Of a stretch of 64,000 nt of DNA, positions 25,701 through 36,792 are shown piece by piece (positions within the stretch are counted from its first letter, which is position 1; every line of letters begins with the position of its first letter). The notes under the pieces were generated by a model. It saw only the letters and a list, made by a program, of their open reading frames with translations, was not told the origin of the DNA and searched no databases. The DNA comes from Antedon mediterranea. Lineage: Eukaryota > Animalia > Echinodermata. Location: NCBI RefSeq assembly GCF_964355755.1, contig NC_092676.1, positions 23,826,871 to 23,890,870 of the forward strand. The letters run 5' to 3'. A program made the translations under genes and the position numbers.

Positions 25701-28700
25701 TTTATGTTAATATTAAACGGGTTTTATTTGTTCAAACCTGAGCAAGCATATGATACACATGGTGAATATAAGAAACCCGTTGGATATTGTCAACCCTGCA
25801 TACGATAGTACTTCCATTCCAACGGCAGCGTTTTCATCTACATTTGAAGTATCCTGAAATGATATCAGCAATTTACGTTACATTTAAGTTTTAAGGTAAA
25901 ATGCCACGCATACATTTTACAAAATGTGTAATTTTGTTTGCCCGATATCCTAAAGCGTGGTTCCCACTAGCGATGCAACACAAGGACGTAACGCAACGCA
26001 AGTGAATTGACCAATCACAAGCAATGGCTTATTCGCTTGTGATTGCTAACTGTCTATAACTTCGCTTGCCATTGGTTAAAACGCTTGCGTTGCGTTTACG
26101 TCCTTGCGTTACGTTCTCTAGTGGGAACCAAGCTTTATCTGATCAACAACCATACAAACCAAGCTTTGTGTTGAGTTTTTTTTTATTACCATAGTATATG
26201 AATTTCATAATATTCATAACTTAACATAGTTAATTACAATAATTAAAAATAATAATAAATACTACAGTAGTAATGAATACAATTTATGTGTTTAAATTTT
26301 AAATGTAAATATGTATAATTATGTTTGTATGATGATGTATGTTTAAGCGGATATTAGCCCTTGATGGCATTTGCAGCAATAAAGAAATTGAATTGAATTG
26401 AATTGAATATACAGTACATCTCCTTAAATATTGAAGTTCTTAACACATTCACTTAGCGTATTAAATTCTTAGCGTATTCACACAATTCATATCAATTTGG
26501 CATATTCATTTCTTAACATAATCATTATTTTAGCATATTATTGTGTTCATTTTTATATATAAAGATTGTCGGGTTGCACCAAGGTATACTACATTCGTTG
26601 ATAAAAACATGATAGATTCTTGTAACTGATCAGATCGATACAGATCAATTACTCATTCGGAATCGCTAAGTTGCAATCGGCTTTTTCGGCAGTGGGATCA
26701 ACCAAAACTCAAACATGGCAGATTTGCCCCCCAAAAAACAACATGAAAACAATCAAGAATGAAGTCATACCTCTGACGTTTGCATAAGAATTGCAAACGT
26801 TGTCAGGTGGTTACATTGACAAGTTATTGGTGAAGTCAGAAAATCTTCTGATATAGTTTCGCAGCCTTCTTTAGACCATGTGCTTAAATAAACAAATTTG
26901 ATAATTTGGATGATAGAAACTCGCAAGACAACATAAACTCTAATTTGTAATAATAATTTTTTTTCGATTTGTGGGTGTGAAACTCTTATATAGATGTCCC
27001 TCCCCCACCCCGACACTAAGCAAACACTTACACAGGGTTTACAGTTTCATCAATAAAAGAACAGATTGGTTCCATGTTTGCAAGTTCTGTATTTTCAGAT
27101 ATCTAAACAAAACACAATATTGATTAGTGCAGAATAAAGACTATTGGTTTTATTCATAATTTTGTCGTAGTCATTATTATTTTCAAAACTAGTTATACAT
27201 TTTGTATCATTTAGTATACATAGTATTGTTTAATTTCTAGGCCCTATTCCAGTTTTACACGATCAATTTTTGTGTTAATTAATAATAAAAAGATGTTTAT
27301 TTACCCTTAATGTTGGAAAAACAAGTTTCACATTCGCACTTCGTGCATCATTTTGTCCATTAACATAAACTGTTACAGATACAAGATCACTCACAACTTC
27401 AGAATGTGTAAGATTGCTACTAAATATGAAGAAATGAAGAAATGAAAATAAGAGGGTTTGATAGTTAAAGATTGAGCAAGGGTGCTAAATTGGACATAAC
27501 AACGCATAGTATTTGTTGTATTTTGTCTGATGACTGCGTGTATACACAGAGTTTTTTTTTTAAAGGGTAAATTTTGGAAATAATATTATGGGGAGATACG
27601 AGGATCGAGTAAATACTTACGGTATTGACACATTTACAGATATCAATTTTGCTGCGATTATTCCAATTGATTCTATTTAAGAAATGAACTACAATTAGTG
27701 GACAAACACTATTTAATAAAAATCCTGTAAAACATTTTAACAGCTTTTCTTAGAGTGAAAGATCGAACTCAGAACTAACTAAGAACTTGTACTTCCCCAA
27801 GTCTGTAGTTATTGACATTTTTTTATGTTAATCCACCAAAAGTCGGCTTTTCGCTTTTTGTCTGAACATACACGAGCTCAAATAGTATACGTATGAAACG
27901 CCATATGTCAAAATATTTATCTGTTTACTAATATTTTAAGGGAGTGAAAGAAACTTGTATTTGCTGTACTACTATACAGTACATAGAGCTTGTTGATTCC
28001 AATCAAACCGGTTTACTGTGACTGTGACTACTAAAGCGCAACGCAAGGACGTAACGCAACGCAAGTGAATTGACCAATCACAAGCGATGGCTTATTCGCT
28101 TGTGATTGCTAACTGTCTATAACTTCGCTTGCCATTGGTCAACACGCTTGTGTTGCGTTTACGTCCTTGCGTTACGTTCTAGTGGGAACCAAGCTTAAGA
28201 AACAGTAACTTACCATTTGTGTTTGCGTCTGATTCGAGTGCAAATTCAATTGCATTTGGTCCCTTTGTTATAGGAGTTAATTCAATCGTTGGACTTGATG
28301 ACTTAATGAGTACACCATCTAATGTATAAACATAATTAAACTTAGATAATCTAACAACAGGATGCTGAGATAAAAGGGTTTATCTATGGCTGCGACACGA
28401 TCAGTTTCACGCTCCTTGACAGACACTGCGCGCCGCAGTGAATAATGTACATAGTACAATGCTGTTGGTTTTGTCGCAATCAGACATAAGATCAAAAGAG
28501 TGCCTATCTTAGCAAGGCGAGCTCAGTGTCCTGTTGTAAGATTGCCTTGGTTACATTCATTATATGTAAGATACAAGATACAAGTCAACTTTATTACATC
28601 ACCATCAATACGCTTCATATTGTTGTTAGCAATATGGCTACTATTTTGTGCCATTTATTCCTGTCGTGGGCCTCGTGTTTCTCAAGTGGCCTAGTGTAAT

Positions 28701-31700
28701 TTAGTGCGGTTAGTAATTCCGGAGGCATATCACCTTTATTGTCAAAATACAATTTTGAGATATGTTCTGTATCTGAGTAGAATCATTAAATAATACGGAT
28801 ATATCCAATATTTAGTGTTCATTAGTGCGCATTTACCAGATACGTTTTAATTCTTATATGTGAAATATACAACTGACAGGACATAGAATTTCAATAGTCT
28901 AGTATCGAATATTTTGATAAAGACATTTAATTATTATCGAAAACTATTTTTTTAAACGGAATTTTAATTATTACCTGCTTTGTCATCCATCGTAAAATAT
29001 TTCGACTCTCCGTCTGCTAGTTGATACAACTCAGAATAGAGCACAGAAGTGATGTTATCAACAAGGGCAATGACGTCATTTGAAATGTCGGTATCTGGTC
29101 ATTTAAGGGAAGTAAATGTTAAAATATAGCTAGCAATTTTGAAATCTTAAATTTTGAAAATCGTTAGAAAGTCATACACGATGATGATAGAAGATGAAAG
29201 TATATAAAAAAAATAAATATGGCCTGATGTGTAGACTCAATTAAAGTGAAAATGTTTTAGTCTCAACGATTATAGGCAACGTCTTATATAGGCATAAGTT
29301 AAGATAAGTAGTAGTAATTAGTACAGTCTTGTATTTTTAATGTATTTATATGTAATGTTACTTTCTATGGACCAGCGATTCCGAAATAAAAGATTGAATG
29401 AATGAATGAATGAACACACCAGTTTATTGTTAACCACTTCGACAGAAAGTTATTTTATTTTATAATATTAGACATTCATTCCGAATATCGTACCTTGTGG
29501 ATCATCGTTAAAACATCTAACACTAGCTGTTTCGGAGACCAAACAACTTCCAATTCTGCCAATTCCATTATGAAGGCAATCACTAAGTGTTGCCTCGGAA
29601 CCAACACATTGCATCGACTTAACTATAGGATTTGCTTCTCCGTGATACGAGCCCGTGTAGACTTCAACGGCAGACGCGTAACCTAGCTGTCGACAAGCAA
29701 TTGTCCCATCATCAATGTCCCATCCGTCATCACAAACCGCTCCCCATGCTCCGTTTTTGTCAGATATCTCCACTCGACCTTCATTGGGAGATGGTCCATT
29801 TACTAGTCGAATATCTAGGACCGTATAACAAAACATTTATAAAAATTAAATTTTACCTCATAAAACTTCGTAAATTAAAATGGAGGCCCGTTGTCTGGAA
29901 GTCAACGTGGTTTCTGGTTAAATTGAACTTTATTTTGTCTTTTTTCCCCCAATAAAAAAAAACCCCATATATTTCTCAAATTACATTTATATACAGACAA
30001 TTAGCCTACATAAATATCTATGACAATTTAAATAATAGCTTCGTGGCTATACGTTTTTCTCCTCTTTAATACAGTCTTTTATTTCTTCTTTACTTTTCTG
30101 ACCACAGAACACAATTATTTTCTTTACCAACAAAAAAAAGAAAAACAAAATTAAAAATATTAATTTTGCAAAAGTAACTTTCATCTTTTTGAAATTTAAC
30201 ACTTACTATATAATAAAACAGTTCTCATTAAATGTTAGGAAGGGGGAAGTTAATTTAAAGCTCTGTCTACACTATTAAACTTATGTGGCAACAAAATGTG
30301 ATGTGCCGATACATGGACATGATGTCATAGAATAGTTGTAATATTCTTGTTGCTTGTGTTTGAACACATATGCTCCATAACTAAAAAATGTATTGTAGAT
30401 GGAGAAGTATCCTAAACTTAGAGTTTGCGAATTTTCATTTTCTGTTTGTACGTTTGTTGATATGGATGAATTTTCCAAAATAATAGAAATTGAAATTGAA
30501 AATATCTCTACCATATTTGTCAAACTAGTTTGACAGTGTAGACAGAGCTTTAGATAACGGTGCACTGTACTCAGTAAAGTTTATTTAGATAAGTGTTAAG
30601 CTCTGTCTACACTATCAAACTTTATGTGACAAAAAAGTGTGATGTGCCCTAATATTGTAGTGATATGACGTCATCGTGTCCGTATATATAGATTTTTGTC
30701 ACATAAAGTTTGATAGTATAGACAGAGCTTTAGATTACAGTATGCCTACCTAGTGTCGTATTCCTACAACGAACTCCAGCAAGTTGAGTACGGTTATAGC
30801 AACTCTCAGATATAATTCCAAGTCCCCCTGCACCACCGCCATTTGTACATTCGCTCAATGCATTTTCATACCCGTTGCAGTCGACTCCATCTGTAACCAT
30901 GCCACTACCTGTGCCGAATGTGGCGTATCTTTCGTAGTCGTAACAGGAACGATAATTCAAGTACCTACATGCGACTGAACAAGCCTTAAAGTTCCAACCA
31001 AATGAACAGATTCCTCCACTGTAACTGGCGTTAAATAACAGCTCAACTAGACCTTCATTAGGTCCATTTCCACCCACAAGAATGATTTCTGTACATAAAA
31101 GCAAAATCACGGTATCAACAAAATTGTACATTTGTATAACAAAATTAATGCAAAGCCCTAAAGACGTATATTACCTACTGTATACACACAAACAACAATA
31201 GGGCAACAGTGTAAAGCTCTGTCTACACTATCAAACTTTATGTGACAAAAGATGTGATTTTCCCATATATGGACATGACTATATCACTACCATATGTGGG
31301 CATATCACTACCATATTTGGGCACATCACATGACGTTTTTGTCAAACTAGTTTGATAGTGTAGACGATGCTTAATACAATAAACAACGGCTACAATACAG
31401 TGACTATAATACAGTAATACAAATACCATTAAACACAAATGTAATTACCTTGTAACTCGGCCATCACAATTTGGTATGCTATGTAAAAACAGTATACAGA
31501 AAATAGAATGGTTAGATTGCTCAAAAGACCAAAAGTGTAATAAATTATAATTTATAAATCAAAATGCAAATTACTGAGAAAAATGGCGATGTTGTGGGTA
31601 TCAGTTGCTGGATCAAAGCTATAAAACAGCCGAAACAAAATTGTAGAGTTTTTTGGGCACTAACCCTTGTTCGGTGTTAATTAAACTATGTTAAATAAAC

Positions 31701-31802
31701 TTGCTTTTTTATTAAAATATTAATTTATGTTTTTATATTACCCGAATAGTTAAACGTTGTAAAGACCAAGACAATCTTGATTAAAATCGCACGGAAGTAC
31801 AT
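22783..31802 (-). CDS. Adhesion GPCR with two SRCR domains, GAIN/GPS and 7TM, copy C (17 exons, ~722 aa)
   Basis: Exons 31802-31742, 31478-31449, 31088-30750 (SRCR1), 29814-29494 (SRCR2), 29094-28975, 28318-28214, 27672-27621, ~27419-27305 (ancestral acceptor mutated, in-frame cryptic AG), 27102-27032, 26882-26771 (GPS), 25853-25738, 25636-25531, 25152-24935, 24405-24339, 24046-23949, 23320-23152, 22851-22783 (TAG). Collinear with copy B. Confidence 0.88.
23618..23780 (-). mobile_element. Internally deleted Deu/Nin-domain SINE copy
   Basis: Shares taaacagcgtatgc and ctggacc..cggtttatagtcctt..ttctaccacca with 46678-46920; absent from the paralogous intron of copy B. Confidence 0.55.
25954..26134. 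mobile_element. MITE family 2 (~180-bp hairpin, TIR AGC(G/T)TGGTTCCCACTAG, TWA target), representative copy
   Basis: Empty paralogous site gatatcc-tta-tctgatc at ~11124-11140. Other copies at 5031-5231, 7037-7194, 9910-10064, 12533-12568, 28034-28195, 44262-44442, 45834-46012, 48019-48197. Confidence 0.9.
29494..29814 (-). CDS. SRCR domain 2 exon, aGPCR copy C
   Basis: 321-nt phase 1-1 exon, [25 protein letters not shown]. Confidence 0.92.
30750..31088 (-). CDS. SRCR domain 1 exon, aGPCR copy C
   Basis: 339-nt phase 1-1 exon within ORF 30730..31131. Confidence 0.9.
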
Positions 31803-31908
31803 CGCCCACATGCTAGAATGAAAAGTGATAAAAGCACTTTCTAATGTTAGTTTCCACTGTGAGAAAAGTGTCTACTTAATTGTTAAAATATCCAACTCTC
31901 TATCTACC

Positions 31909-32152
31909 ACCTACCACCGTTAAAACCATGATTAACAGTAACGTATCTTTAACCCTAACATTTGAGGAGAGTCAATTGGCCTACCTGTGGTACAACCGTT
32001 AAAACCATGCCTAACAGTAATGTCACCCTAATATTTGAGAGGAGAGTCAATATGCCTACCAGTCCTGTGGTACCACCGTTAAAACCATGCCTAACAGTAA
32101 TGTAACCCTAACATTTGAAGAAAGTCAATATAAACCTACCTGTAGTACCATC
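31909..32152. repeat. Same ~72-bp minisatellite, ~3 copies, upstream of copy C
   Basis: Diverged units of the 18630-19399 array at the paralogous position. Confidence 0.9.
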
Positions 32153-32701
32153 GATATTCACATAAAAAGAAAGTCTTCTTAGCTTCTGGAACCCAACCCA
32201 ATGAATAAAATATGATGACAAATACATTCATATTATGCAAATCGGTGACTTGGAAGATTATTTTTGCAATCTACAATATCACCATCGTCAATTTCTTAAT
32301 AAAATTATTGATATTATTTTATTCTAAATAATGAATTATTAAATCAACCTCCCCCCGCAAGCAAAATAAAATGTTCTACTAACTATATTGATTCCTCGAA
32401 CAATGCAATTATTTTAACATTGTCGAGGTTTGTGTCTTGTCCATTTGAGATTATTCACGGCATAATAAAATAACATTGCAATAGATATCTCATTTCCTTT
32501 GAATTAATCACGTTAGCATTTTCGTTTTAAAAATTAAGGAAAATATAATACTCGATTTAGATACAATGCAACATGAGATAATAATTGTATTTCTCAATAT
32601 GCAGCGAGGATCGTGTCGAGAAAAGTATGCCAACGGAAAGGAAGTAATGCACACATAGAAACTGAAACCACCCGATTCTCTGCCATGATACTGAATCTGA
32701 A

Positions 32702-32970
32702 CTATGGCATAGTCCATCCATGGCATAGTCCATCTATGGCATAGTCCATCTATGGCATAGTCCATCTATAGCATAGGCCATCTATGGCATAGGCCGTCTA
32801 TGGCATAGGCCATCTATGGCATAGTCGAACTATGGCATAGTCCGTCTATGGGATAGTCCATCTATGGCATAGTCCATTCATGGCATCTATCCATGGCATA
32901 GTCCATCCATGGCATAGTCCATCCATGGCATAGTCCATCCATGGCATAGTTCATCCATGGAATAGTCAAT
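32702..32970. repeat. 16-bp minisatellite (ctatggcatagtccat)n, ~17 copies, paralog of 19919-20417
   Basis: Same unit and same left flank (ccatgatactgaatctgaa). Confidence 0.95.
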
Positions 32971-35528
32971 TTTTGGCAATATTACATATCTAATAACTAC
33001 ATAAATAAATCGATATGATTTATATCCCACCACAAATTTTATTTAAAATGTACAATTCCAATGTTGCATCTTCAATTACCATCAAAGTTTGCTTTATATA
33101 ATTACGTTTTATCGAATGTATCGTATCTCAAGGTCCATGTTTCACTCTATGATTACATTCATGATTAAGATCTCTCACAATGGTTAATATGTTGTAATAA
33201 ATAAAAAACATAAAAAAGTGTAATTAGCCCGAAAGGTTCTAGGTACTACAATCATTACGTACGGTAAATTTGTCAAATCATTAATAGGTACATACATAAT
33301 TCTTTTCTTGTTGTCTTGTATAGTTATTGCTGACAATGACTTTGTCCACAAAAAAAATGAATAATAAGCATTAACATATTAAAAAATAACATAACATTTG
33401 ATTATTCTATGGTTAAAAATGGTTGGGAAATAATTGTTATCTCCTTAATATCTAGAATCTTTAACAGTGCATAATTTGTTTTGTGTTTTATATTTCAAAC
33501 ATGCTTTGCTGCCCTCTCTGTCTAGAACCAAACAAAAATGAGTTTATGAAGTTTTAAGTAACTCCACACAATTTAAGCGAGCGTAGAAATTATAATCATA
33601 CAATTAATATGATTATAATTTATTGATATGACAAATTTTCTATTAAAAAATGAAACGTGTGGGTTACACCATGGAGAGAAACATTATAATTATTTTATAC
33701 CTCCATGGTTACACATACTCAATAATCTTTGATTGTTTTTCAATACTGTACCCCTATAAATACAGGTATAGGTATAATAGGCAGAAAGAAGAAATTGTAA
33801 ATGCGTTGCTTTTGATAATTTTAGAATGAACTTAATACGTCGCATTTTCAGGATTTTTTAGTATGTGTTGTGTTTGTGTACTGATGTGCTCCAACGACAA
33901 TTATGTACCGTAATTAAAGAACCACTTTACGACGTCACCTGATCCAAGAACTACTCCATGTAGACAAACAGCTATATCTTCGGTGACGGAACTTATTTCT
34001 GTTCGCCGAAAATGTACTCGGTAAAAGGACTCATCGGACTACTTCAGCTATCCACGTACTTACAGTAGTCTGACCTATGACGTCAATACCTATGCCATAC
34101 GTCACATTACGATATTTAAAGTTCAATTACACAGACATAAAAACACGACAACAAATATAACATAAATCACCATTTATTATACACTGAATACGTATTACGA
34201 ATTTTAGTAGATTTTTTTTTTTAAATCAACAACTAGACGGCAAACCACAGTAAAGCTATAATACATAAAACGAATTACATAATCTACTTCTGAAATGAAA
34301 AAAAACCCCGAATTTACATAAGACACATTTTTTTTTAACTGTAGGCCTATTGGTTATCTATATTTCGTTTACAATTGTTAAAAACCAACACTACCGGTTA
34401 CAATAATAAACAACGTTTATTGACGGTTAAGTGTGTAGGCCTTAATCATTTAGTTTTCATTTTAGTTAATTGTAATATAAATATAATAGAAACTCCTCAA
34501 ACGTAAATTAATTATATAATTTATTACCTGTACCTTTGATATGCGATATTTTGGATCTTTAACTATTCTTAATTTTTTTTTTTTACAGCATAAAAATATA
34601 TTATTTTGAACGAGCGGTTCAACTACTAGAAGTATGCCCTTAGACTTGCCCCAAGTCTGTATTATCTTTTTTTTTTATTTATTTTTTGTTATTTCGACCG
34701 CGATTTTTGTCTGAAAAAATCAAGTAGTATACGTATGAAACGCCATATGTGCCAAAATATTTATCTGTTTACTAATATTAAGACAAAACTCCGTCTGAAA
34801 CCCAGACTAGTATGCCCTATACATACAGTACAGTGATTGCTACATCTTAACCAATAATTATGAGAACTACCCAGCATGAGCAGATTAAATATTAAATTAT
34901 ATAATTCTAGGCCTATATTTTTATTAGGCCTACGTTTCTACAGGATTAGTCCAAACTATACCATACATTTTAAAAACACATAACAGAGTTCACGATTAAT
35001 AATTAAAATGTTATTCTACGTTAATTGCTTTGCTTCAGTAAAGTAGTACAAAAATATCTCTGATTGAACCGCCGCCCACAACCTTTTCACCGTAGATATT
35101 CGTCGACAAGACATCATGCATTATGCTGGCCTACAAGCCTTTGTACAGGCTATTTCACTATCATTCCGGTGTAAACCAAAGAAAATACTTTCTCTATCTT
35201 AAAAAAAATAAAGCGAAATAAACATTAGCGAACAATAATTCATAATTCTGGTTTACAATGTTTTGCCCTAACACTCAACTTAAAACTGTTTTTACTTACT
35301 AAAATCATTAAAGGTGTCTTTCCTTTCTATCTCGGTTGACTTAAATGGTGGACTGCACCCCAGGCTTTTCGTGGGTTTGGTTCAATCGCGATAATATCAA
35401 AGAATCAACCAAATTGTAATTGACGAATGGGACACAACGTCTGTGGTATTCAATTCGTGCAACACATCTGGTGTTGAATTGTACTGTGCTGTATTGTTAT
35501 TAGTATTGATGCATGTATACATGCGTAA

Positions 35529-35823
35529 AGCCTGGTTTCCATAAAATCGCTACACCATTTCCATTGAAATCGCTACACGCGCAGATGTCGCCGACGCGCA
35601 TCGGGGAGGTCTCCCCGATTCATCGCAGACAAATCGGCAAAGTTCAACCATGTTCAACTTTGCCGATTTTGTCGGCGATGAATCGTATACGCGTGTGTAC
35701 CAAAGGATATTTAGCGCTCGCGTACTAGATCCCCGATAAATTCTAGCGTTTCCATAGAATCGCTACGCTCTGTCGGCGACAGCAGTCGGCGACACGGTGT
35801 AGCGATTTTATGGAAACCAGGCT
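35529..35823. mobile_element. MITE family 3 (295 bp, perfect TIR AGCCTGGTTTCCATAAAATCGCTACACC, TAA TSD)
   Basis: 28-bp perfect inverted ends, TAA on both sides, absent at the paralogous site ~22465. Confidence 0.88.
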
Positions 35824-36400
35824 TAACCAGGGGTTGTTAAGGTTTCAAAGACCGCATCCCATTTTAATCCTGACGTTTCAAACTATACAGACTAGTACTG
35901 GCAAATGATATGCCTAACTCATGATCTATCGAGTTGCTTAAGCTTGTACTTTCCCCCTTGTTTGCGGTACAAAGAACACGTGCAAAATAATGGCTAGTCC
36001 TAAGTCCTGATTGTTTTATAACTATTAACTAGGGGAGGTACACTCTCACTCTTTCCCGATTTAATATAGGCTATAACTTACAAAACGAGCACAGTTTTTA
36101 AGGCTAATCTATTAAACACAGTACTTTCTAGCAAAATATGTTGTGAAGCCTACATTTTTTCTTTAATTTAATTGTTAAAATTCATATAAATATAATATAG
36201 ATAGTTAGTTGATATTTATCATTGTTCATAGTTATTCATATTTATTAGTTGGATTGGTAACAATTATCTAATCATTGGATGGACAAAGTAGAAATGACAA
36301 CATTGTTAGTGTTTGTGGAAAACATCAGATAAGACGGATTTTGTTTTTATCAGTATATGTAAAACATTTTGGAAATTTCAAATTATAATCGAGGGTCTAA

Positions 36401-36539
36401 AGCTCTGTCTGCACAATCAAACTTTATATGACAAAAAAAATCCGATGTGCCCATATATGCACAGACATGATGACGTCATATCATATTGGGGCGCATCACA
36501 TTTTTTGTCACATAAAGTTTTTATAGTGTAGACAGAGCT
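36401..36539. mobile_element. MITE family 1 copy
   Basis: TIRs, TAA/TTA flanks. Confidence 0.85.
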
Positions 36540-36792
36540 TTAAGATTTAAACACGACTGAAATCATCTCCAACAAATGCTGCGTTTCAGTGTAGTATCGG
36601 GTGCACTAAAGCAACTATAGGTAATGTACACAATAAATTCGTCAATTAAAAATATATAGATATACTCGAGATAAAGTGTATTAATCCCAGCCAAATACAG
36701 TCCTTGCGTATAGTCAGTCGATGTTCTGGAACACAGCACACGTGCAAGCGTCACGAATGACGTAAAGTCTTTCTTTTTATAGATGATGCCAT

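Larger units (their letters stand above)
7720..36047. repeat. Tandem segmental duplication: ~7720-22692 versus ~22720-36047
   Basis: Collinear exons, introns, MITEs, minisatellites and ~4.2 kb of upstream sequence. Homology ends at tactctca/cactctca (22692/36047) and restarts at tctctatgatctc (7718/22719). Confidence 0.9.

Noticed and set aside
29495-29955. Plus-strand ORFs over SRCR and 7TM exons (also 4166-4378, 10051-10260, 17506-17929, 24949-25161, 30784-30978)
   Set aside because: Antisense shadows of real minus-strand exons; they recur only because the exons are duplicated.
22783-31802. Copy C as a definite pseudogene
   Set aside because: No stops or frameshifts were found in its exons, and the one lost acceptor has in-frame alternatives 6 and 9 nt away.
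7720-36047. B/C duplication as a purely artefactual uncollapsed haplotype pair
   Set aside because: Many private TE insertions, substantial intron divergence, a filler-containing junction and a third older paralog favour a real tandem duplication. Read depth is needed to exclude the artefact fully.
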